DNA of 42,351 nucleotides from Patescibacteria group bacterium (GTDB taxonomy: Bacteria; Patescibacteriota; Minisyncoccia; Phycocordibacterales; Phycocordibacteraceae): positions 295,675 to 338,025 of the forward strand of contig JAZKIU010000001.1 of assembly GCA_040384705.1 (NCBI GenBank). Direction: 5' to 3'. Made by a program: the position numbers and the translations under genes. Below, piece after piece: positions 8,830 through 17,617 of the stretch (within the stretch, counting starts at the first letter, position 1; each line of letters begins with the position of its first letter). The notes under the pieces were generated by a model. It saw only the letters and a program-made list of their open reading frames with translations. It was not told where the DNA came from and ran no database searches.

Positions 8830-9309
8830 CTACATCACCGGGAACCACCCTGTCGCCTTCTTCGTGGTGAGCACGGCAGGCGTAATAGGCTCGCCGCGCC
8901 CGGTCTCGCACACCTTCTTGAGGCTCAGGAGCGACTGCTCCCACAGATACCCGCTGACCCGATAGAACTCGTTCGTCTCGGTCCATCCCGCGTGCTCGAG
9001 CTCGACGGTCGTGCCGCGTCCTTCGCCCTCGCAAAGGCGGAACACTATCTTCGTCTTCAAGGCTGACTTGGAAGCAGGGAAGGTGGAGTCCTTCAATACC
9101 CAGGCGATGTATGCATTCTTGCGTACGACGCTCACTTGCATGACCGTCGTGCGCTCAGGCCCGAAGCCGAGCGTGAGCGTGCCTCCCTTCGCAGGATCGC
9201 CCTGCGCGTCACGCGTGAGCCAGCTACGAAGCCCGCCGAGGGTGGACATGATCTCATACACCTCCCACAGAGGTGCCTGGATATCGGCCTTGGCGCGGAT
9301 AGCTTCCAT
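8830..9309 (-). CDS. SRPBCC/AHSA1-like domain protein
   Basis: I.AP...VY....T..GL.SW ... T.IVFRL ... TTVELEHAGW ... W...L.SLK...ETG.G. Confidence 0.85.
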   Translation of the reverse strand: MEAIRAKADIQAPLWEVYEIMSTLGGLRSWLTRDAQGDPAKGGTLTLGFGPERTTVMQVSVVRKNAYIAWVLKDSTFPASKSALKTKIVFRLCEGEGRGTTVELEHAGWTETNEFYRVSGYLWEQSLLSLKKVCETGRGEPITPAVLTTKKATGWFPVM

Positions 9310-9331
9310 AGTCGTTGAGTGCCGGAACCAA

Positions 9332-9353
9332 AAGCGCCCCCGAGGGGGCGCTT
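9332..9353 (-). terminator. intrinsic terminator after cold-shock gene
   Basis: aagcgccccc-ga-gggggcgctt, U-run on minus strand. Confidence 0.75.
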
Positions 9354-9357
9354 GAGG

Positions 9358-9561
9358 TTAGGAGACGCGGCTGACGTTCGCTGCGTAAAGTCCTTTCGGG
9401 CCTTCCGCGAGTTCGAACGATAGCTTGTCGCCTTCGCGGAGCTCGTCGAACGATACGTTCTTGAGCTCATTGGAGTGGAAAAAGAGATCCTTTTCCGCTC
9501 CTTCGCGCTTGATGAAGCCGAAGCCCTTGTCGGTAAGACCGGCAATGACTCCTTCTTCCAT
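9358..9561 (-). CDS. cspA: cold shock protein (CSD)
   Basis: KGFGFI (RNP1), DLFFH (RNP2), EGPKG..A.NV; start at MEEG with AAGGA RBS. Confidence 0.93.
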   Translation of the reverse strand: MEEGVIAGLTDKGFGFIKREGAEKDLFFHSNELKNVSFDELREGDKLSFELAEGPKGLYAANVSRVS

Positions 9562-9703
9562 AGTTCCTTCTGGCATAGCGATGTAAGAGAGTGCACGCGA
9601 GTAAGTCATCAAAGACAGGTGGCTGGATTCGAAAGTCGATCCTTGCTACTACTCAGCGCTGCGTTGACCTAGGTAGACTACTATGCAGGAAATATTTTGT
9701 CAA
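9562..9703 (-). promoter_or_regulatory. sigma70 promoter and long 5' UTR of cold-shock gene
   Basis: TTGACA-N17-TAGTCT followed by a roughly 105-nt leader with base-pairing potential. Confidence 0.65.
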
Positions 9704-9706
9704 GTG

Positions 9707-11026
9707 TTATGCGGCCGCTTCCGGTTCCTTCTCCTTCGTTCGGTAGCGTTCCGAAAGCATACGGTACGCCCTCGAGTTGAATGCGAGGACCGTGACGATG
9801 AGCCCGATGATGCCGGTGACGGTGAATACGAGCGCGATGCCGCGGTCAGGTCCCGTACCGAACCAGTCGCCGATGAGGGCTGCGCCCGCGCCCACCGTCA
9901 TGAACGGGATGAATACGAACTGGGCGAGGGGACCCATCATGAACGCGGTGAGCGGGGACGCTGCCTGCTCGACGCTCTGGGCGAACCCGAAGACGCGGCC
10001 CTGGCGCTCCGGCGGCACGACTTTCTGTATGATCGTATGCTCGGACGCCTCGATATACGGGCTGATGCACATGAAGAGGAACATTCCTATGATGAGCAGC
10101 ACGACGGAGGCCTGGATGGTAAAGAGCGCGCAGACGCCCCACAGGAAGATGTTCGCGAGGAGCATGGTGCGGAGCGGGTTCTTGCCGAGTCCCCACTTGG
10201 CGATGGCCGCGCCGCCGGCCATGAAGGAGAAGCTGAGCACGCCAAGTATGATGCCCCACGTCTCGACCGAGACGAGTGAGAGCCCGTACGCATCCATGAG
10301 CGCCATAAATGCGCCGCCCAGGAAGTTATTGAAGGTCGTGAAGAATATGAGCGCCATGATTCCCGGGATGCCGGTGAGGAGCGCAATGGTCCCACGGATA
10401 TCGATGCGCTTAGGCTCCTCCTCTTTCCCGGGAACAGCTTCAGCCTTAGGAACGGGCACGAACACAAGATGAGTGATGGTGAACACTGTCACGGCGAGCG
10501 AGAACAAGAGCACTCCGTACATGTCCGCGTATCCCACCAGGAAGGCGCTGATGACCGACACGACACCGAACGAGATACCGCTCACCATGCCGGCGAGCCC
10601 ATTCGCCTTATCGCGCTTGTCCTCCGGTATGAGCGCGGTGACGAGCGTGGGGAGCACGATGGTCCGGATATTACCCGCGATGACTCCAATAAGGAGAAGC
10701 ACGATGAGGACCCAGAGGAGCGGATTCGTGACGTCGCTGAATGAGCCGCTTGGCGAGAGCAGGTAGAGGGCAAGGGATGCTGCGTAGAGTGCCAGGGAGA
10801 CTCCGCTGGAAAGAAACATAACTGCTTTCTTTCCATGATGGTCGACAAGACTACCGAACCAGAAGCCTGATAGCAGGGTGAGCGTGAGATAGATACCGGA
10901 TATCATGCCGGTCGCGAACACCGACTGCGTCTCGAGATAGACGAAGAAGGTAACGCCGAACCAGACGGTGAAGTTCGCTATGGCGGCGAAGGCCGTGTTC
11001 ACGAGCAGGTGATAGAAAGTGGGCAT
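9707..11026 (-). CDS. MFS transporter (DHA3-like)
   Basis: About 12 TM helices; GSLVDHHGKK motif A; QKVVPPERQGRVFG. Confidence 0.9.
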   Translation of the reverse strand: MPTFYHLLVNTAFAAIANFTVWFGVTFFVYLETQSVFATGMISGIYLTLTLLSGFWFGSLVDHHGKKAVMFLSSGVSLALYAASLALYLLSPSGSFSDVTNPLLWVLIVLLLIGVIAGNIRTIVLPTLVTALIPEDKRDKANGLAGMVSGISFGVVSVISAFLVGYADMYGVLLFSLAVTVFTITHLVFVPVPKAEAVPGKEEEPKRIDIRGTIALLTGIPGIMALIFFTTFNNFLGGAFMALMDAYGLSLVSVETWGIILGVLSFSFMAGGAAIAKWGLGKNPLRTMLLANIFLWGVCALFTIQASVVLLIIGMFLFMCISPYIEASEHTIIQKVVPPERQGRVFGFAQSVEQAASPLTAFMMGPLAQFVFIPFMTVGAGAALIGDWFGTGPDRGIALVFTVTGIIGLIVTVLAFNSRAYRMLSERYRTKEKEPEAAA

Positions 11027-11203
11027 GCGGAAATAAGTGTTTAGGGGATCAGTCGTACTAATCTAGCAGTTCTGGGTGATATTGGAATGAATACAGCCCC
11101 GCTACCCGTGCAGAGGCTATCGAGCGAATTATAGTTTAGCTATCATTATGGCCTCCATCGTTTGATAGACTTGTGGAGGATTATTAATAAAACTACGAAC
11201 TCT

Positions 11204-11614
11204 ATGACACTCCCTCACTACTCTGGTGCGTATGAGGCATGGGCACCGGTTATCGCACGCCTCGCGTTCGCGGCCACCTTCCTTATCAGCGCGTTCTTCA
11301 AGATTCCGGGTACGGAAACCTTCACGATGCAGGTCGGTATGGCCGGCGCAGCGGGCCTGCCGTTCCCGCTGGTTATGGTAACCCTGGCTTTCATCCTCGA
11401 GGTCTGCGCAGGTATCGCGCTTGTTATTGGGTGGCGCACGCGGACAGCGGGCTTCCTGCTCGCATTGTTCACGCTCCTCATCGCGTTCGTCTTCTACCGC
11501 AACCTCGCGGACCAGGCGCAGTTCGCGGGGTTCATGAGCTGCATGGCGCTCGTAGCGGGTCTCGTATACGTATCGGTATATGGCGCCAAGCACGCGGCAG
11601 TGCGCAAGGACTAA
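11204..11614 (+). CDS. DoxX family membrane protein
   Basis: ARL..A..F..SA..KI ... EV.AGIAL..GW.TR.A..LLA.F; start at MTLPHY. Confidence 0.88.
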   Translation: MTLPHYSGAYEAWAPVIARLAFAATFLISAFFKIPGTETFTMQVGMAGAAGLPFPLVMVTLAFILEVCAGIALVIGWRTRTAGFLLALFTLLIAFVFYRNLADQAQFAGFMSCMALVAGLVYVSVYGAKHAAVRKD

Positions 11615-11628
11615 GGATAGAAGCATGT

Positions 11629-11666
11629 AAAAGAAAAACCGCACTCATGAGTGCGGTTTTTCTTTT
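11629..11666. terminator. bidirectional terminator (perfect 38-bp palindrome)
   Basis: aaaagaaaaaccgcactca|tgagtgcggtttttctttt between convergent genes. Confidence 0.85.
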
Positions 11667-11682
11667 GCGTGGCGTTCAGAGT

Positions 11683-11850
11683 TTAGTCGGACTTCCGTTT
11701 CTTGCTCCTAACCACGCCTACGACGCCGATGACGGCCAGCACGAGCCCGAGGAATTGCGCTCCTGGACTATCATCCATACCTCCGTATACGACCATGAAT
11801 GCCCCGAATGAGATTGCGAGAAGGGAGCAAAGTATTCTGACTATGTTCAT
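11683..11850 (-). CDS. small 2-TM membrane protein (55 aa)
   Basis: Two hydrophobic helices around 'YGGMDDSPGAQFLG', basic tail; ATGA overlap with upstream ORF. Confidence 0.75.
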   Translation of the reverse strand: MNIVRILCSLLAISFGAFMVVYGGMDDSPGAQFLGLVLAVIGVVGVVRSKKRKSD

Positions 11851-12053
11851 AGGGATTGAGGGCTCGACATGAGCCACGGAGGTTGGACGATTAATCTATA
11901 TACGATCTCGCCAGCCCCGTAGATAGGAGGTGGACAATCTTCTTTCGGATCTTGGCATCCAAAATGAATGGCGGTGGCAATGTATTGGAGACTGTAGAAG
12001 CAGGCGAGTACGGTTACTACTATCCCAATGACTTTTAAGGAGTTATTCGGCAT
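11847..12053 (-). CDS. small membrane/secreted protein (68 aa)
   Basis: N-terminal TM, CQDPKEDC, AGGA RBS; lower GC. Confidence 0.55.
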   Translation of the reverse strand: MPNNSLKVIGIVVTVLACFYSLQYIATAIHFGCQDPKEDCPPPIYGAGEIVYRLIVQPPWLMSSPQSL

Positions 12054-12176
12054 GTATGTCCTACAACCCCCGGAGCTTGGAGCAGGTAGCAGCGTGCCCC
12101 TGACTTAATATAGATGAGTCCAATGATGGGCTGGGATTTGGGAGACTCCTAAACCGGCAAGTCATATAAATACATA

Positions 12177-12202
12177 GGCCTCGAGCTATGTTGCTCGAGG
12201 CC
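12177..12202 (-). terminator. hairpin/terminator after nucleotidyltransferase
   Basis: ggcctcgagc / gctcgaggcc. Confidence 0.6.
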
Positions 12203-12227
12203 ATTTACTGGTGCGACTTGTAGGTGA

Positions 12228-12731
12228 CTAGGCGATTCTAACTGCGTCGCGAGCGATGTTTTTCATGAATCGCGGGTCCCGGTTCGGGAGCCGGTGTTGC
12301 AGCTCCGTGAGGCGCTGACGCCAGTCGGGCGGGAACACGAAGATGTCGATCGATTGACGCCCGATAAGCTCAGTCGCATCGTGAAGCGCGAGCATGAACT
12401 CGTCAAGGTTGCTGAGAACGAGCATGGCTGCCTGCAAACGGACCTTCTTGAGAAGGTAGGTCTCGTAGGTTTGATCGAGTCGACTCGACAACTTCAGGCG
12501 GGTGAGGTCAATCGCTGCGATGAAGTTCTCTGCGCAGGAAGGCTCGGCCACGATGATGATATCAAGATCATTGCCCTGTCCATCACGCGCGATACTCCCA
12601 AACAGGAGTACCTCGCGAATATTTGAATTACACCTGAGGCATCCTGCCGCCTCTTCGGCCATGGCTCGCGTGACACGAGCGGTCTGTGCGATTTGAGTCT
12701 GCAATTTCTTACCCCTAGCTAGAAAGACCAC
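12228..12731 (-). CDS. minimal nucleotidyltransferase (Pol-beta superfamily, MNT-like)
   Basis: VLLFGSIARDG..NDLDIII signature plus third Asp in IDIF; exact start uncertain. Confidence 0.8.
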   Translation of the reverse strand: MVFLARGKKLQTQIAQTARVTRAMAEEAAGCLRCNSNIREVLLFGSIARDGQGNDLDIIIVAEPSCAENFIAAIDLTRLKLSSRLDQTYETYLLKKVRLQAAMLVLSNLDEFMLALHDATELIGRQSIDIFVFPPDWRQRLTELQHRLPNRDPRFMKNIARDAVRIA

Positions 12732-12775
12732 TTAGAGAATATATAAACAATGATTGTACTAAAAGTCAATATCTG

Positions 12776-12847
12776 TGACTCCACGGGGAATCGAACCCCG
12801 ATTTCAGCCGTGAAAGGGCCGCGTCCTAACCGTTAGACGATGGAGCC
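12776..12847 (-). tRNA. tRNA-Glu(TTC)
   Basis: GGCTCCA/TGGAGTC stem, loop CT-TTC-AC, GGTTCGATTCC. Confidence 0.95.
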
Positions 12848-12922
12848 TTCTGTTGAAGGCGGAACTTTTAAATCCTACATTTCCAGAGCCAAAAATGCTA
12901 GGATACGGAACGTCAGCATCCT

Positions 12923-13010
12923 GGAGGGGTGCGTGAGTGGTTGAAACGACCGGTTTCGAAAACCGGCATGCCGAAAGGTATCGGGAGTTCGAATCTCCCC
13001 CCCTCCGCCA
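12923..13010 (+). tRNA. tRNA-Ser(CGA)
   Basis: GGAGGGG/CCCCTCC stem, loop TT-CGA-AA, long variable arm, G73, encoded CCA. Confidence 0.95.
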
Positions 13011-13025
13011 CGCTATACTATCGGT

Positions 13026-13181
13026 ATGGAAAAAATCAAAATAGAGCACCACAGCATTTCAGGAGGGGCGTGGATAGTGGGCTGGTTGTTCACCATCGGG
13101 TATCTCGGCCTCGCATTCTGGCCCGGCGTGCTCGCCCTCGTTCTCTGGCCGTACTATCTCGGCGTGTTCTTCGCGGCGTAG
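13026..13181 (+). CDS. small membrane protein (51 aa), not in ORF track
   Basis: MEKIKIEHHSISGGAWIVGWLFTIGYLGLAFWPGVLALVLWPYYLGVFFAA*; TATACT 6 nt before ATG; 7 nt gap to next gene. Confidence 0.8.
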   Translation: MEKIKIEHHSISGGAWIVGWLFTIGYLGLAFWPGVLALVLWPYYLGVFFAA

Positions 13182-13188
13182 AGGCATC

Positions 13189-14376
13189 ATGAAGCCGGTG
13201 GAGTGCATCGAGTGCGGGTCAGGAGCCGTCTATCATCGCATCACCTATCTCAGTATCCTGATGGACGAGTTCACCTCGGGGCTTATTCCTATACCCAAAG
13301 GCTCTAACTTCATCACGCGCGGCGTGCAGCGTATCGAGCGAGCCCTTACCCCGCATCTGCTAGAGCTTCTCATCTCAATCGGGGCTGCGAAGCGTGTCAC
13401 GGAGCCCGATGATGGTACCCAGCTCCTCGCGCTCATGCTGTGGCAGGAGGCACGTGAGCGAGGGATAGAGATGGAGGAGTTCAGGCTCTTCGACCTGCCT
13501 CGCAACATATTCCTCGCCCGGCTTCCGGACGGGAGGAAGATCGTCTTCGAAGGCATACCGCTCCCTGCGTCCGAGCTCGAACGCGTGCACTGGATGGATG
13601 ATAAGGCGGAGCTGAAGAAGCGCTTCAGAAAGCTTGGGCTCCCTGTCGCGAAGGGAGGTGACGCACGTACGCTTCGAGAAGCTCGGAAGATATTCCGCTC
13701 CATAACCCCTCCTGCGATAGCGAAACCGCATTCGGGCTCCGGCTCCAGGCACACCACGCTCCACGTAACGAATGAGGAGGAACTCGCGAATGCATTCAAT
13801 ATCGCGCATGAAGTCTCCCCTCGCGTCGTCATCGAGGAAGAGCTCGTGGGTTCCGTATATCGCGCAACGGTCGTGGACGGGAAGTTCGCGGCCGCGCTCA
13901 GGCGTGACCAGCCGTACGTTATCGGCGACGGCGCACGGACCATCACGGAACTCGTCGGGGAAGCGAACACGCATCCGGCACGTGGTGGACCGTATTTTCA
14001 TAAGATACAGCTCGATGAGGCGGCAGAGGCGGAGCTCAAGTGGCAGGGCCTATCGCTCGATTCCGTGCCCGAGAAGGGAAGGAAAGTGCTGCTCCATCAG
14101 AAGATAAACTGGAGCGTGGGAGGGACGACCGCCGATGTAACGGACGGGGTGCATCCATACAACGTCGCGCTCTTCGAGGAGGTGGCACGGGTGCTCAAGG
14201 CCCCTATCGTCGGACTGGACTTCATCATCGAGAATATCTCCCGCCCCTGGAACGAGCAGGAGCGCTGCGGCATCCTCGAGTGCAATTCCATGCCGTTCTT
14301 CGATAACCATCATCTGCCGTTCGAGGGCGAGCCCCGGAACGTGGCGGCCCTTATCTGGGACATGAACGGGGCATAG
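13189..14376 (+). CDS. ATP-grasp ligase, cyanophycin synthetase/GshAB-like (no Mur domain)
   Basis: DDK..LK..F..LGLPV..G, KP.SGS, IEEEL.G..YR.TVVDG, VIGDG..TI.EL, N.S.GG...DVTD.VHP, GLDFI, LECNS.P. Confidence 0.85.
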   Translation: MKPVECIECGSGAVYHRITYLSILMDEFTSGLIPIPKGSNFITRGVQRIERALTPHLLELLISIGAAKRVTEPDDGTQLLALMLWQEARERGIEMEEFRLFDLPRNIFLARLPDGRKIVFEGIPLPASELERVHWMDDKAELKKRFRKLGLPVAKGGDARTLREARKIFRSITPPAIAKPHSGSGSRHTTLHVTNEEELANAFNIAHEVSPRVVIEEELVGSVYRATVVDGKFAAALRRDQPYVIGDGARTITELVGEANTHPARGGPYFHKIQLDEAAEAELKWQGLSLDSVPEKGRKVLLHQKINWSVGGTTADVTDGVHPYNVALFEEVARVLKAPIVGLDFIIENISRPWNEQERCGILECNSMPFFDNHHLPFEGEPRNVAALIWDMNGA

Positions 14377-14502
14377 GCCGCTTCATTGCTTTTTTAGCTC
14401 TACCTTTGGTACACTTGAGCTAAGGTCGAATTGCCAGCCAATTAAGCATTGGATGGCCTATATTTTTCCCTTCTGGGGAAATAGGGCCATTCTTCACAAA
14501 AC

Positions 14503-14625
14503 ATGGATGAGAAAGAAGTAGTTGCAGGTGCCGAGGGCGAGGTCGTAGAGACCCCCGAGGAGACCGAAGAGGTTGCTGCTCCTGCAGAGGAGGTAGCACC
14601 GGCTGGCGAGGAAGAGGCTGTATAA
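14503..14625 (+). CDS. highly acidic microprotein (40 aa), not in ORF track
   Basis: MDEKEVVAGAEGEVVETPEETEEVAAPAEEVAPAGEEEAV*; upstream TGGTACACT, leader hairpin, downstream terminator. Confidence 0.65.
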   Translation: MDEKEVVAGAEGEVVETPEETEEVAAPAEEVAPAGEEEAV

Positions 14626-14637
14626 GCTCTCCGCCAC

Positions 14638-14673
14638 AAAGAAAAACCGCTCCAAAAGAGCGGCTTTTTCTTT
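14638..14673. terminator. bidirectional terminator
   Basis: aaagaaaaaccgctc / gagcggctttttcttt. Confidence 0.8.
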
Positions 14674-14687
14674 TATCAAACGGAGCG

Positions 14688-15614
14688 CTAGGTATTCCGC
14701 ATCACCCACTGGTATATATCCTCGAGCGCTTTCACTGCGTCCCCAGCAGCGATGTTGTTCTGGTGATAGAGCTCATCGGTCGCGTCGCCCGCGGCCCAAA
14801 TGCCCTCAACGCTCGTCGTCTGGTTGCGTTGGTTCGTGACCACGCGGCCCACTTCATCGAGCTCGACCACGCCCTTGGCATAGTCGGTATTAGGGATGAC
14901 CCCTATCTCCGCGAACACGCCGGTGACTGGAAGCTCGGTTATCTCACCAGTCTTTATATTCTTCACGACGAGCCCGGACACGAACTTCTCGCCCTTCACC
15001 TCAACCGGCTCGGTATCCATGAGCACGCTCATGTTCGAATGCGCCAGCACCTTCTCGACGGTGATCGCGTCCGCCTTGAACGAATCGCGGCGGTGAATGA
15101 GCGTGACCGATTTGCAGTACGCGAGGAGCTGGGCTGCGGTCTCGAAGCCGGCGTTCCCGCCACCCACCACTGCGACGTCCTGTCCGGCGAATAGCGGGCC
15201 ATCGCAAGAAGCGCAGTACGTGACGCCCTTGTTCTCGAATGTATCGGCTCCTGGGATGTGGAGCTTCTTGCGGCCAGCGCCAGAAGCGATGAGTACGGTG
15301 CGTCCCGTGAAGGACTTCCCATCGCGGGTAGAGACAGTGAATCCTCCCTCAGACTTCTCGAGCTTCTCCACGCGATCGCCCTCGATGACTTCAACGATAT
15401 CGCCCTTGTATGCGTCCAGATGCTCCCGGAACGACTTCGCCATGTCGGGCCCCGCTATCTTCACCGTTCCTATCCAGTTCTCGACGCCTTCTGAGACCGT
15501 GGACTGGCCACCTATCTCTTCTGCGATGAGAACCGACTTCAAGCGCTTTCGTGCGGCATATACCCCTGCGGCGATACCAGCTGGCCCACCTCCGATGATT
15601 ATCAAATCGTGCAT
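14688..15614 (-). CDS. trxB: thioredoxin reductase (TrxB/AhpF C-terminal-like)
   Basis: IIGGGPAG, GVTYCASCDG, VVGGGNAG, TSVEGIWAAGD. Confidence 0.92.
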   Translation of the reverse strand: MHDLIIIGGGPAGIAAGVYAARKRLKSVLIAEEIGGQSTVSEGVENWIGTVKIAGPDMAKSFREHLDAYKGDIVEVIEGDRVEKLEKSEGGFTVSTRDGKSFTGRTVLIASGAGRKKLHIPGADTFENKGVTYCASCDGPLFAGQDVAVVGGGNAGFETAAQLLAYCKSVTLIHRRDSFKADAITVEKVLAHSNMSVLMDTEPVEVKGEKFVSGLVVKNIKTGEITELPVTGVFAEIGVIPNTDYAKGVVELDEVGRVVTNQRNQTTSVEGIWAAGDATDELYHQNNIAAGDAVKALEDIYQWVMRNT

Positions 15615-15632
15615 AGTGGAGGCAGTATAGCA

Positions 15633-15659
15633 AAATCCCCGGCGCCTGGCCGGGGATTT
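15633..15659 (-). terminator. terminator after ftsZ
   Basis: aaatccccggc / gccggggattt. Confidence 0.75.
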
Positions 15660-15676
15660 CTGCTAGCTACATAGAC

Positions 15677-16945
15677 CTATTTCTTGTGGCGACGGAGGAA
15701 GCTTGGAATAGCTCCCCAAGCCTCGTCCTCTTCTTCCTCGGCCTTGGGCGGAGTAAGCGGCTTCGCCTCTTCGCGCTTCTGCGGCTGGGCGGTGACGACC
15801 GGTTCCCGTCGCTCCTCGCGGACGGACTCGTCCTCGATGGTGACCACCGGAACTGCTACCTCCTCGGCTGCAGGCTGCGGGCGCTTCATGATGTCATTGA
15901 AGATGCTCCCACGAGCCTCCTGCTGCTCTTCTGCGGGCATGGCGAAGAGGGAACGCTCGATACCGCCTTGGGTGCCTTCGCCTTCGCCCTCGGGGAAGCC
16001 GGTGGCGATGACAATGATGCGGATCTGGCCCTTCTTGAGCTTCTCGTCGCGCATGATACCGAAGATGACCTTCGCGTTCTTATCGACCGAATCCGAGACG
16101 ACCTTCGCGGCCTCCTGGACCTCGAGGATACCGAGGTCGTCGGAACCTGCGACTACGAAGAGCACGCCCTTGGCGCCCGTGATGGAGACATCGAGGAGCG
16201 GGGAATTGACGGCCTGCGCGGCAGCGTCCTGCGCACGGCGATCCCCATCCGCGATACCGATGCCCATAAGTGCGGGACCTGCACCCTCCATGATGGCCTT
16301 AATGTCGTTGAAGTCTGTGTTGATCTCTCCTGGCGTAGTGATGATATCCGAGACACCTTCGACCGCTTGGCGGAGTATCTCATCGGCGAGCGCGAACGCG
16401 CTTGAGGCGGTGGTCTGCGCTTCGACGATGGAGAGGAGCTTGTCGTTCGGGATGACGATGAACGCATCGACTTCCTTCTTGAGCTCGGCGAGACCGCGGT
16501 CGGCGATTTCTTTGCGCTGAAGACCCTCGAATGTGAATGGCTTGGTGACAACGGCAACGGTGAGTGCGCCGAGCTCCTTCGCTATCTTAGCGACGGTAGG
16601 GGCAGCACCGGTTCCGGTGCCTCCGCCCATGCCGCAGGTGATGAACACCATGTCGGAACCCTGGAGCGCCTCCTGTATCTCCTGGCGGGTCTCCTCGGCA
16701 GCGCGGCGTCCGAGGTCGGGGTTCATGCCGGCGCCGAGTCCCTTGGTGAGGTTCTTGCCGATATGGATTTTCTTCTTCGCTAGAGAACGGTGAAGGTCCT
16801 GGGCGTCCGTGTTAACGGCGATGAACTCAACGCCCTTCACCTTGGAGTTGATCATGTGGTTCACGGCGTTGCAGCCGGAACCTCCGGTTCCTACGACGCG
16901 GATGCGGGCGAACGTCTCTATCTCTGGGTCTACGCGCTTTGACAT
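15677..16945 (-). CDS. ftsZ: cell division protein FtsZ
   Basis: GGGTGTG tubulin signature, NTDAQ, GLGAG, C-terminal IPSFLRR. Confidence 0.98.
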   Translation of the reverse strand: MSKRVDPEIETFARIRVVGTGGSGCNAVNHMINSKVKGVEFIAVNTDAQDLHRSLAKKKIHIGKNLTKGLGAGMNPDLGRRAAEETRQEIQEALQGSDMVFITCGMGGGTGTGAAPTVAKIAKELGALTVAVVTKPFTFEGLQRKEIADRGLAELKKEVDAFIVIPNDKLLSIVEAQTTASSAFALADEILRQAVEGVSDIITTPGEINTDFNDIKAIMEGAGPALMGIGIADGDRRAQDAAAQAVNSPLLDVSITGAKGVLFVVAGSDDLGILEVQEAAKVVSDSVDKNAKVIFGIMRDEKLKKGQIRIIVIATGFPEGEGEGTQGGIERSLFAMPAEEQQEARGSIFNDIMKRPQPAAEEVAVPVVTIEDESVREERREPVVTAQPQKREEAKPLTPPKAEEEEDEAWGAIPSFLRRHKK

Positions 16946-17179
16946 AAGGGGGATCTAGGGGCCGGTAATAACTGGGGCAATAATACCAGCTGCGACCGGC
17001 TTGCAAATAGTGACTTTTTTTTCAGGCGTGCTGTGCTTGTGTCGTGGAATTTGCGTTTTATTCTGTTTCTGTCGTAGAAAACTCTTCATTTACATCATAT
17101 ATGGACGTACTAGCCATAAAAGAAGAGGCGACGCCGGAGCGCCGCCTTAGAGGTCGATGGATCTTGTTCGTGGTTGTGC

Positions 17180-17617
17180 CTAGCGGGCGCGCTTGATCGA
17201 GGAGTCGTCCTCGGACGGTTCGTTCAGCGAGCGGGTCAGGGTCAGGACCGCCATGCGGTGCTGGGGCAGAAGGCCGGCGAAGGCCTCGAGCAGTTGCACG
17301 GCGCCGGGGATGGCCAGCTTCGCGTTCAGGCTCTCGTCGCCGTTCGGAGCGCCGTTCTCTCCGACCAGTTCGCCCACCGAGGTGTCGAGCTTCTGAGCGA
17401 TTTTCACCAACATGGAGGCGGAGACGCGATTGGCGCCGCGCTCGTACTTCTGGACTTGCTGGAACGAGACGCCCAGATGATCCGCGAGGGTGCTCTGGCT
17501 GATGCCGAGCCACTTCCGGCGAACGCGGATGCTGTGGCCGACGGCCACATCGATGGGGTCGGGGGTATTGTCGTTCTCGTGGCTGGTAGCAACCACGCGG
17601 CTAGGTTGAGACATCAT
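17180..17617 (-). CDS. XRE-family helix-turn-helix transcriptional regulator, alphaproteobacterial type
   Basis: PDPIDVAVGHSIRVRRKWLGISQSTLADHLGVSFQQVQKYERGANRVSASML; own promoter TTGCTT-N16-TATAAT; start placed at MMSQP. Confidence 0.9.
   Translation of the reverse strand: MMSQPSRVVATSHENDNTPDPIDVAVGHSIRVRRKWLGISQSTLADHLGVSFQQVQKYERGANRVSASMLVKIAQKLDTSVGELVGENGAPNGDESLNAKLAIPGAVQLLEAFAGLLPQHRMAVLTLTRSLNEPSEDDSSIKRAR

Noticed and set aside
17058-17117. 19-codon minus-strand ORF MASTSIYDVNEEFSTTETE between XRE and ftsZ
   Set aside because: Very short, no RBS, and it sits directly after a terminator U-run; cannot be supported
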